Positions 19,806 to 28,440 of a stretch of DNA of 64,000 bases are shown here, piece after piece. Made by a program: the position numbers and the translations under genes. The first letter of the stretch is position 1, and every line of letters begins with the position of its first letter. Under the pieces are notes generated by a model that was not told where the DNA came from, made no database searches, and saw nothing but the letters and a program-made list of their open reading frames with translations. The stretch covers positions 12,549 through 76,548 of IMG/VR virus record IMGVR_UViG_2775506876_000001; one strand, given 5' to 3'. This stretch comes from a virus. Lineage: Duplodnaviria > Caudoviricetes.

Positions 19806-20393
19806 ATGACAATTAAAAGTGATCGATGGATCTCTGAGCAAGGCTCTAATCTAATTAATCCGTTCTGTAACAGTTTGATTAGAAAACAGGATGATCTAAA
19901 AGTTATTAGTTATGGATTATCTAGTTATGGTTATGACATCAGATTGTCGGGCAAAGATTTTAGGATTTTTAAACACATCCCTGGTCAAGTAGTCGATCCT
20001 AAAAATTTCGATCCAAAATTTCTTGAAAAAGCCGATTTGTATTTTAACGATGATGGTTCAAAATATTTTATAATTCCGGGGAATAGTTACGCTTTAGGTG
20101 TTGCCAAAGAATTTTTAGATATTCCTGATGATGTAACTGTTATCTGTATTGGTAAATCAACTTATGCAAGAGTAGGTTTGATAGCCAATTTAACACCTGG
20201 TGAGGCAGGATGGAAAGGTCATTTAACTCTTGAAATCAGTAACAGTTCTAATAGTGATTGTATTGTTTATGCTGATGAAGGAATCGTACAATTATTATTT
20301 TTCCAAAGTGATGAAAAATGTCTAACAACTTATGAAGCCAGAAATGGTAAATACCAAAATCAATCTGAACAGATAACAATAGCCAAAGTATAA
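19806..20393 (+). CDS. dcd: dCTP deaminase
   Basis: 'ISYGLSSYGYDIRL', 'GKSTYARVG', 'EAGWKGHLTLEI', 'GKYQNQ'. Confidence 0.95.
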   Translation: MTIKSDRWISEQGSNLINPFCNSLIRKQDDLKVISYGLSSYGYDIRLSGKDFRIFKHIPGQVVDPKNFDPKFLEKADLYFNDDGSKYFIIPGNSYALGVAKEFLDIPDDVTVICIGKSTYARVGLIANLTPGEAGWKGHLTLEISNSSNSDCIVYADEGIVQLLFFQSDEKCLTTYEARNGKYQNQSEQITIAKV

Positions 20394-21378
20394 TAACTTT
20401 GGTATAGGTTTTTTTAATCCTAGAATGATAAAAAGTTCTAGGATTTTTTATATAATAGATATGTTCTTAGCTACTTGATTTTATGAATAACATTGTTGAA
20501 TTATTAGGCTTTTATGGTGGTGATAAAAGAGTTTGTTTATCAGCTTGGCAAAGTACTACAGAAGAATTAGGAATTGATTTACCCGATGATATTTCTGATA
20601 GGGTTGATGTGATTTTTGAATATCTATGTACCCAGAAAAAGAAAACACCTTTTGAATTATTAAATTTTTTAGCTGAAAATCATCACGAAACACCTTTTGA
20701 AAAAGCTATTTTAGATTTTCAATTAACAGGTGATATTGCATCACACATACATGTAATCAAACATAGAATAAGTAGTGTAAATGCAGAAAGTCAAAGATAT
20801 AAAGAGTTTATTTATGATCGTTTTTATATTCCTGATGATTGGCAAGGAATTCAAGCTACTGGTGATGTAACTTGGTTTACTAATTTTGAAGAAGAATGTG
20901 TTTTTAGCAATAAAAACGAATATTGGCAAGACATTTTAGAAAATTATAGTCAATTAGGGTTTAATTTATATCATCAAGCTATTGAAGATTTAACACCAGT
21001 TTTAGGTAAAAAAACGTGCTAAAGAATCAGCTAGATATTTTCTCGGTTATAATACTCAAATAAACTTTGACTGGCAGATGAATTTTAGAAGCTTTGTAAA
21101 TATTCAACAATTAAGAAATAGTGATCATTCTCAAAAAGAAATTCATTACATTGCCAACACCATGCTTTATTTAGTTGAGAATATCCCTGGACAACCGTTT
21201 AAATATTGTTTAAAAGCTTTTGGATTAAAGTCTGATCCTAATTGGTTGTTAAATCATCAAAAATTACTTGAAGATTTAAAATTGCTAAATAATCTATAAC
21301 TTTGGTATAGGTTTTTTAATCCTAGAATTATAAAAAGTTCTAGGATTTTTTATATAATAGATATGTTCTTAGTTACTT
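20393..21378 (+). repeat. ~84-bp direct repeat preceding each thyX gene (20393-20476 and 21296-21378)
   Basis: ATAACTTTGGTATAGGTTTTTTAATCCTAGAA...TTCTAGGATTTTTTATATAATAGATATGTTCTTAG; contains a hairpin and TATAAT. Confidence 0.9.
20483..21299 (+). pseudogene. thyX: FAD-dependent thymidylate synthase ThyX, frameshifted at an A7 run (21008-21014)
   Basis: 'HETPFE' and 'KHRISSVNAESQRY'; removing one A gives GKKRAKESARYFLGYNTQ...MNFRSF, joining ORFs 20483 and 21078. Confidence 0.85.
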
Positions 21379-21387
21379 AATGGTTTT

Positions 21388-22197
21388 ATGTTTCAACCTA
21401 AAGTCAAAATTATTAAAGATTCGGTTAACGCTGCAACTGGTTCTAGAATTACAACTTTTGTTTTAACTTATCATCGTTTTATACATTCTGAGTTCATGAC
21501 TTATAGAATGTTTTCTAGAAATGCTTCAAGTTCTAGAGCAATTCCTGTAGAGAAAATGATTCAAAAAGTTATTGATCAACAGGTTGAGCCACTTTATTGG
21601 GGTAAGAATCAACCAGGGATGCAAGCGAGTCAAGAATTATCATCAGAAGAAATAGAGCAAGCCAGATTACAATGGAATGCCGCAAAAGCAACAGTAATTT
21701 CTTATGCTCGACAAATGATTGAAAAAGGTGTACATAAACAAATAGTCAATAGAATTTTAGAACCTTTTTCAACCATTACAGTAATTTGCACATCCACAGA
21801 TTATCAAAACTTTTTTAATCAACGTTGTCATCCAGATGCACAACCAGAAATACAAGCTTTAGCATATTTAATGAAAGCTGAGTATGATAAATCAAAACCT
21901 GATATCTTATACCCTGGTGAATGGCATTTACCATTTTATGATTTAGAGAATGATAAAGGTATTTTTGGTGATGATATTTTAAAAGTGTGTGTTGGTAGAT
22001 GTGCAAGAGTTAGTTATTTAAATCATGATGGTAAGCGTAATTTAAGCAAAGATATTGAATTACATGATAAATTACTTGTTGCTAACCCAAAACATCTTAG
22101 TCCTTTTGAACATGTAGCGATCGCTCAAACTGGTAATAATGCTAATTTTTTGGATTTTAAAAGTTATAGATATATTTTAGAAAATTCTGGTTTATAA
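21388..22197 (+). CDS. thyX: Second ThyX-like thymidylate synthase (different subfamily)
   Basis: 'TYRMFSRNASSSRAIP', 'HKQIVNRILEPF', 'AQPEIQ', 'RCARVSY', 'HLSPFEH'. Confidence 0.88.
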   Translation: MFQPKVKIIKDSVNAATGSRITTFVLTYHRFIHSEFMTYRMFSRNASSSRAIPVEKMIQKVIDQQVEPLYWGKNQPGMQASQELSSEEIEQARLQWNAAKATVISYARQMIEKGVHKQIVNRILEPFSTITVICTSTDYQNFFNQRCHPDAQPEIQALAYLMKAEYDKSKPDILYPGEWHLPFYDLENDKGIFGDDILKVCVGRCARVSYLNHDGKRNLSKDIELHDKLLVANPKHLSPFEHVAIAQTGNNANFLDFKSYRYILENSGL

Positions 22198-22243
22198 ATA
22201 ATCTATAATATTAGTGGCTCATACTAAACAGCAATGGACTATC

Positions 22244-22282
22244 AAAAATCCCTAAAAGAATTTTAAACTTTTAGGGATTTTT
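22244..22282. terminator. Bidirectional terminator between convergent genes
   Basis: AAAAATCCCTAAAAG...CTTTTAGGGATTTTT. Confidence 0.75.
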
Positions 22283-22304
22283 CTTTTTATATAACTTTGT
22301 AACT

Positions 22305-22934
22305 TTAGGAATCTTCAAACAATTCTAAAATTATTTCCCAATCAGGCTTACATTTTTGAGTAATTTCAGATCTGTTTTCAACTATAAATTTTTTAAAATT
22401 ATTTCTATGAATTATAATTCTATTACCATTTTCTACAGGATTTAAAATATTCTTCCATCGTTTAATTTTTAACCAAGATTGAACTTTATCGTACGAAACA
22501 TTTAGAATTTTCTCTATTTGCCTGACACTTACATATTGATCTGCAACATCCCTAGACAAACCTAATTTAACTATTTGTGCGTGAATAGCGTTTACAGTTC
22601 TAAAGCTTAAATTTTTTTCCAGACAATAACCATTTAATTTTTTAACAATTTCTGGAAATGGAAGTAAACCACAATATCTTTCTAGTATTTCTATTTCTCT
22701 GGGATGCCAATCTCTAACCATCAAAGAATTTTTACCACCTCTTACCATCAATCCTTTCTGTTTAACATATTTACTTATCAAATATTGAGATACTTCATGA
22801 CCATTGGTTTTTAATAATAATTGTAATTTTTTTACGATGCCCCAAACATCCTGATAATTTTCATCAATAATTTTAGTTATTTCACTAGATTTTACATATT
22901 TTAAATCTAGTTTTGATTTGGGATTCCTTGCCAT
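22305..22934 (-). CDS. Putative DNA-binding (HTH) protein
   Basis: 'WHPREIEIL', 'SVRQIEKILNVSYDKVQSWL'. Confidence 0.6.
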   Translation of the reverse strand: MARNPKSKLDLKYVKSSEITKIIDENYQDVWGIVKKLQLLLKTNGHEVSQYLISKYVKQKGLMVRGGKNSLMVRDWHPREIEILERYCGLLPFPEIVKKLNGYCLEKNLSFRTVNAIHAQIVKLGLSRDVADQYVSVRQIEKILNVSYDKVQSWLKIKRWKNILNPVENGNRIIIHRNNFKKFIVENRSEITQKCKPDWEIILELFEDS

Positions 22935-23067
22935 ATTTTAAAAAGTCACTTTTTGAATTGTCCTACAAATCTATTATATAACTTGATTTTATAAGATGTC
23001 TGAAATAATACATAATAAAAAGTTATGTTATAATATTATAAATATCAGTTTTATTCATATTTATATA

Positions 23068-23787
23068 ATGCTTACGACCAGGTTAGTAGTAGGCAAAATT
23101 TACCGAACTAATGGTGATGTTCTGACATCATCCAAAATTTTATTCAAACTTTTAAATAGTTCTTACATAGCTGATGGTCAAATAGTCAAATCAGAGATTA
23201 TTGCAGACATAGATAATCAGGGTAATCTATACACCACAACAGATTTAGGAAGCATCATTAATGGTGTGAGACTTTGGTGTAATGAGCAAGGTGATATAGC
23301 ATCTGAATACGCTTGTTTTTTACCAGGGAATGAGGTATTCAAATTTACTTTACCATCAGGTAATTCTGACATTCAGCTATCGGTTTTAAGACAAGCGGGA
23401 ATAACCCAGAATGATCCTCAGTACAATACCCTGGCCACTTACGTTGATAACTTAGTAAATTCTAAAGGTACTGGGAAAATCTCGATACCTTTTAGTTATG
23501 GTGATGCTTCACCAAAGATTTTGATTAATAGTTTTCAAGGTTTAGTCGACACTGTAACTATTCAAATCAATCAAGTTTTTAATGAAATTTCTTTATTATC
23601 AATAACAGATTCATCAAATCAAACTTTATTGTCTAGTGATTATTGTGATGTGACAACTGTTGCAAGTTATGAATCTTACCCGTTTTTCAAATATGAAAAC
23701 TCGGTTGATATTTTCTTGAATATTCAACTTGGAAATGGTGTAAACCAAGGAAATGGTTTTGTAGTTTTAGGAATCAAGGAGTTATAA
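23068..23787 (+). CDS. Virion structural protein
   Basis: First of four tightly coupled ORFs; ATG at 23068 preferred. Confidence 0.5.
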   Translation: MLTTRLVVGKIYRTNGDVLTSSKILFKLLNSSYIADGQIVKSEIIADIDNQGNLYTTTDLGSIINGVRLWCNEQGDIASEYACFLPGNEVFKFTLPSGNSDIQLSVLRQAGITQNDPQYNTLATYVDNLVNSKGTGKISIPFSYGDASPKILINSFQGLVDTVTIQINQVFNEISLLSITDSSNQTLLSSDYCDVTTVASYESYPFFKYENSVDIFLNIQLGNGVNQGNGFVVLGIKEL

Positions 23788-23790
23788 AAA

Positions 23791-24477
23791 ATGTCTAAAT
23801 TTGCAGATTTACTCGGTACTGTTGTAAGTTATTTTAAAATCGGTACGAATGGCGTAAGACTCAAAAACAGTTCGGGAAATTTATTAATTAGAAATAGCAC
23901 TGATAGCGCAGATAGTTCAGTTACAGCTAGTACTATCAATATTTCTAGTGACAATTTTGTAATTAATAGTGATGCTGCGAACACTAGCGCTGATAGAAGT
24001 ATCACTATTGCTAGACCTACATCAGGTATGTCTGCGAGTTACACATTAACACTACCAACGAGTGTTGGTAGTCCTAACCAAGTGTTAACAACTGATGGAA
24101 CAACTGGAAATTTATCCTGGGTAAATGCTGGTGGTTCAACAACTGACAAGGTTAGTACAGACACAACTAATTTAGCTTTTGGTAGTACCAGTCCCGTGTC
24201 AATGTTTACTTTACCAGCTAATTCTGTAATCCAAGCTGTTCGTGTGATAGTAGACACGGCTTTTAATGGTACACCTTCATTATCTATCGGTATTTCTGGT
24301 ACAACTTCAAAATATGTAGCGACTAATCAAGTTGATTTAACAACAATCGCAATTTACGAAATTTATCCAGGGTTGACAGCTAACGGAAGTTCGGAAAGTT
24401 TGATAACTACTTATAGTGCTGGTAGCGCATCTGTTGGCGCTGCAAGAATTGAAGTTGATTATGTAATTCCTGCTTAG
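23791..24477 (+). CDS. Tail fibre-like protein
   Basis: 'YTLTLPTSVGSPNQVLTTDGTTGNLSW' fibre motif; Ser/Thr-rich. Confidence 0.7.
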   Translation: MSKFADLLGTVVSYFKIGTNGVRLKNSSGNLLIRNSTDSADSSVTASTINISSDNFVINSDAANTSADRSITIARPTSGMSASYTLTLPTSVGSPNQVLTTDGTTGNLSWVNAGGSTTDKVSTDTTNLAFGSTSPVSMFTLPANSVIQAVRVIVDTAFNGTPSLSIGISGTTSKYVATNQVDLTTIAIYEIYPGLTANGSSESLITTYSAGSASVGAARIEVDYVIPA

Positions 24478-24478
24478 T

Positions 24479-24988
24479 ATGAGTAAGTTTTCAGATATTG
24501 TTGGCGCGATTTCAGATTTTTCAATCGGCTTAAAACAGCTAACAGGCGATCGCGCTTTAAAATTTTTATCAAATAATTTTATTGCTTCACTAGTCTGGAA
24601 CCCGACAGCTAATAGAACTATCCGATTACCTGATACATCAGGAACCCTGGTTACTGTTGGTTACGGTTCTTATAACCCGGTAATTGTTTTAACTGCTAAT
24701 AAAACTTTAGTTATTACTGAGCAGAATGTTTGTTATCTTTGTGAAAATACAACCACCATTAACATTACTGTTCCTGATAATGCAACTGTAAATTTCCCTA
24801 TCGGAACAGAATTTGAAATAATTCAGTATGCAACATCAACCGTAACTATTAATGCTGGCACAAACGTTTTTATTTACAAAGGTGGAAGTGCCACAACAAC
24901 TGGTCATGTAATCATAGCTGAAAATTACTCTGTTTCTTTAAAATATTTAGGGTCTAATGAATGGTTAATTACTGGTGATGTAAGGTAG
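24479..24988 (+). CDS. Tail fibre-like protein
   Basis: 'TANRTIRLPDTSGT', 'FPIGTEFEIIQ', 'NEWLITGD'; N-terminus resembles preceding gene. Confidence 0.65.
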   Translation: MSKFSDIVGAISDFSIGLKQLTGDRALKFLSNNFIASLVWNPTANRTIRLPDTSGTLVTVGYGSYNPVIVLTANKTLVITEQNVCYLCENTTTINITVPDNATVNFPIGTEFEIIQYATSTVTINAGTNVFIYKGGSATTTGHVIIAENYSVSLKYLGSNEWLITGDVR

Positions 24989-24993
24989 TTAAA

Positions 24994-25857
24994 ATGAGAA
25001 AGAGTACCTTTACTTTAACTAGATATATCCGTTCAACATTTCCAAATCTTCCTAATAATAGATTAAAAATTGTTGAAAGATCCTGTAAATTAGCTGCTGT
25101 TGATGAAAGTTACTCAGCTTACGATGTTATCAATAGTTTAAATAATTGTAATTGGTATTGTTTCGATGCTAATTCCAGTTTTACAGACACTAGTGGAACA
25201 ACACCAGCCACAACAAATAGCGCGATCGCTTGTGTTAAACCCTGGATAGGTTCGGGTAATATCACACAATCAACTAGTAGTAAAAGACCCACATTATTAT
25301 CAGATGGTGCTAGTTTTAATAGTACCAATTTAACCTTTTTAATAGGTTCAACAAACCTTTCAAATACTAATTATTCTGCTTTTGTTGTTGCTAATGTAAC
25401 CGCAAACAGTAAAGGTGCTATATTTGCTAACCAAAATGATGCTAATAATATAACCGCTGGATGGTTTTTAGGTGTTGGTAGCACAACACCTGATACTAAT
25501 GGTAATAATTTACTTGGTGGTTCTAGCGGTACTGGTGGAGGTTTTATAACTTCAAGTTTTAATTGTACTGGTTCCAAAAAATTATTAGGAATGACACGTA
25601 ACAATACCGATTCAACTATCAGATTATACGGTAATAATATAACAACTACCGTAGGTTCCAATAACACTTATCCTTCTAATAGTATTACTGGTGGTTTTCA
25701 AGTTGGTGGTTATTTTAGAAGTACTGGTTCTATTAATAGACACTGCGACTCTATTATTTACTCTGTTATTACAGGAAATTTTCAAATGCAAGGCTCAACT
25801 TTGAGAAGAATCACAAAGTTTTTAAACTTTTATCATAGTTTAGGATTAACCTTATAA
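24994..25857 (+). CDS. LamG/concanavalin-like virion protein
   Basis: 'WYCFDA', 'TQSTSSKRPT', ends 'FLNFYH'. Confidence 0.55.
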   Translation: MRKSTFTLTRYIRSTFPNLPNNRLKIVERSCKLAAVDESYSAYDVINSLNNCNWYCFDANSSFTDTSGTTPATTNSAIACVKPWIGSGNITQSTSSKRPTLLSDGASFNSTNLTFLIGSTNLSNTNYSAFVVANVTANSKGAIFANQNDANNITAGWFLGVGSTTPDTNGNNLLGGSSGTGGGFITSSFNCTGSKKLLGMTRNNTDSTIRLYGNNITTTVGSNNTYPSNSITGGFQVGGYFRSTGSINRHCDSIIYSVITGNFQMQGSTLRRITKFLNFYHSLGLTL

Positions 25858-25858
25858 A

Positions 25859-27469
25859 TTATTTTGTGGAAAAAATAAAGTTTATACTAAATACATAAAT
25901 TGCAGATTCATCAGTATAATTTAAATTTTCATAAATTATTTCACCCGTTGGTAATATAAAAAATCTTATAAGACTTAAAGTACCAGTAATATTGACGTTA
26001 GCAGCAACACCATTAAAAATTAAACGTTTTGAGGTTCTCATACCAACTGGTAATGTCGCGATAGTTGTCAATAAACTCGGTTTCGATGGTATCTGTATAG
26101 TTCCCTGAATTTCAACATCACCATTTTGTTTTTTAATTGCTCTAGCCGGATGATAATCTGCTGAATAGTTACTAGAACCATTTTGTAGTGTTAAAGTTCT
26201 CCAATTGGCATTAAGAATTAAATCGGTTTGTACAGTTGTCGGGTTATGTGTGAAACCTGAACTATCTGATATGCTAGTTCCATTAGGATTACTATTAACA
26301 ATTTCCCAATGTTGACCAGCATCTAAAGATTTTAAATTATAATTTAAATTGCCACGTAACCAAACAATACAATCATTTCCACTAGATGTTGTTGTACCAT
26401 CTCTAATATCACCGACAGCATTTGTATAAGTTCCTAAAGAATATTCATATTTAATTTCATCAATAATACTTACTTGATTCCCATAATTGTAAGGTTGAAA
26501 TCTAAATTCCAAATTAAAAGTCCCTGCGTTTGTTATTGGAGTTTGTAAGGAACTTCTATAAATTTGACATTTTCCTGATCCTGTTAGATTACTAGGTTGA
26601 ATTAATTTTATTTGAACAGGATAAAAAGTGTTAACATTACCACCGACAGTAAATGATCTGTAACCAGAGGTATCGACACCATTACTATAAACACTTCCAG
26701 AAACACCAACACCACCAGAAACTATTAAAGCACCACTAGAACTATTAACCGATGGTGTAGCATTTGTGATTGATACAGGATTTTTAAAATTATTATGTGT
26801 GTATCCTATTAAATTACCATCAATATATTGATAGGCTGTTTCATCACGTTTATGGATAAAAACAGTACCATTCCCTGGTGTATATTTTTGCCAAGCGTTA
26901 TTGATAAATTTAAAAATTGAACCTGTTGTGAAATTAATAACTTGTTCTGAATATAAAACATTAGCATTTGAAATTGTTACTGGTGCTTGATAATCTTGCA
27001 CCGCTATAGTCTCACAAAAATATACATCAATAGCCATAACATCTAAACCAGAATAAATTGTTAATCTTTGAACTGATATGTTAGTTGGAACAGAAACGAG
27101 TTTTATACTAGTTTTAAATAAACCTCTAACACTTGAAGCAACAATAGTTTCAACTGAAATAACATTTTCAAATTTCCAATAAACATTTTGTGTATTTATT
27201 AAACTTTTAATGATTGTTGGTTGTTTAAAAATCTCGTCTGGTAATGTGAAACTTCCTGTTAAACCTCCAACAATATCCCAAAATTTTAATAATTCTGATA
27301 CTTCATTTTGATTTATGAAATCTAAAATTAATGTTAATTTTGCATTAGTTAAAGCTGATAAATAATGTAAGGATTGTTCATTACCATCAGAAAATCTTAA
27401 AACTTTTTTAAATGTTTCTGGCGCTTCATAATTAATTCCAGAGACTGTTATAACCGGAAATATTGCCAT
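25859..27469 (-). CDS. Distal-tail-like domain fused to fibre/receptor-binding domains
   Basis: N-terminus paralogous to the C-terminus of 13134..16631; 'SSSGALIVSGGVGVSG' repeat; 'IATLPVGMR' C-terminal fibre motif. Confidence 0.65.
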   Translation of the reverse strand: MAIFPVITVSGINYEAPETFKKVLRFSDGNEQSLHYLSALTNAKLTLILDFINQNEVSELLKFWDIVGGLTGSFTLPDEIFKQPTIIKSLINTQNVYWKFENVISVETIVASSVRGLFKTSIKLVSVPTNISVQRLTIYSGLDVMAIDVYFCETIAVQDYQAPVTISNANVLYSEQVINFTTGSIFKFINNAWQKYTPGNGTVFIHKRDETAYQYIDGNLIGYTHNNFKNPVSITNATPSVNSSSGALIVSGGVGVSGSVYSNGVDTSGYRSFTVGGNVNTFYPVQIKLIQPSNLTGSGKCQIYRSSLQTPITNAGTFNLEFRFQPYNYGNQVSIIDEIKYEYSLGTYTNAVGDIRDGTTTSSGNDCIVWLRGNLNYNLKSLDAGQHWEIVNSNPNGTSISDSSGFTHNPTTVQTDLILNANWRTLTLQNGSSNYSADYHPARAIKKQNGDVEIQGTIQIPSKPSLLTTIATLPVGMRTSKRLIFNGVAANVNITGTLSLIRFFILPTGEIIYENLNYTDESAIYVFSINFIFSTK

Positions 27470-27530
27470 ATAGACATTTATTATAAAAATAATTCAGGAT
27501 ATAATATTATATTATACTTCGATATTATAC

Positions 27531-28040
27531 ATGACTGAATACAATAATACTGTTATTCATGTTGGTGATTTATTCACTGTCAGAATATACAAAGAAACCG
27601 TAATATTTAGATGGCAAAATTTTGTATCAAACCAAATTATTACCTGGTCAAATAAGCAATACACATATTTACCAATAAATTTTAAAAGTCCTGCTAAATC
27701 CCTAGAAGTTTCTAGCGAATCAACAATTATCAGTGTTCCAAATTTACCAGAAATCAGACAATATGTTGAAAATTACAAAGGTTTTAGAAATTCAATAATA
27801 GAATGTGTTTCGGTTTATCCTGATAATCCCAATGCTACACCACGATCAAAAGATTTAATGGTTGTCAAAAGTTCTCGATATGTTAATGCTTCTATAGAAT
27901 TTGAATTAAGTTCCAGATTATCTAGTATTCAGGGTAATATACCATCAACATTTTTCACAACTGGTAAAAACGTCAATGGTCTAAATATTGTTGGATATAT
28001 CCCTGAGATTCCCGTGACCTCTAATATCAATTTGAGTTGA
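27531..28040 (+). CDS. Tail tip protein (lambda gpL-like position)
   Basis: 'QYTYLPI', 'IEFELSS'; synteny with NlpC and gpJ-like genes. Confidence 0.55.
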   Translation: MTEYNNTVIHVGDLFTVRIYKETVIFRWQNFVSNQIITWSNKQYTYLPINFKSPAKSLEVSSESTIISVPNLPEIRQYVENYKGFRNSIIECVSVYPDNPNATPRSKDLMVVKSSRYVNASIEFELSSRLSSIQGNIPSTFFTTGKNVNGLNIVGYIPEIPVTSNINLS

Positions 28041-28046
28041 TTAAAT

Positions 28047-28391
28047 ATGCTTGAATTACCGAATAAGTTTTATAAGTGGCAAGAATTTGATTGTTTTACC
28101 TTAGCTCAAGAAATGCGATCGCTTTTAAATTTAGAACCGTTACCAGATTTTAATTGGATTTATCGAGAGTATAATAAATTAAATTATCCTAAAGATTTGG
28201 TTAAAGTGTTTTTAGATGCTTATGCTAAACAATCAAATGTTGATAAAGCTAATTTAGTGTGTCTCGATTGGGAAGGTTACAAAGCGCTAGGCACTGTTTA
28301 CCAGGGTACAATAATCTATATCATTAACAAACCTATTCAGCGACCTATCGAAAGATTAAGATTATGGATTGATAGTTTTTGGTTTTACTAA
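28047..28391 (+). CDS. NlpC/P60-like tail assembly protein (gpK-like)
   Basis: 'FDCFTLA...LPDF' motif. Confidence 0.6.
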   Translation: MLELPNKFYKWQEFDCFTLAQEMRSLLNLEPLPDFNWIYREYNKLNYPKDLVKVFLDAYAKQSNVDKANLVCLDWEGYKALGTVYQGTIIYIINKPIQRPIERLRLWIDSFWFY

Positions 28392-28440
28392 AACAAAAAG
28401 TCACTTTTTAAATTGTCTGACATATTATTGATATAATTTG

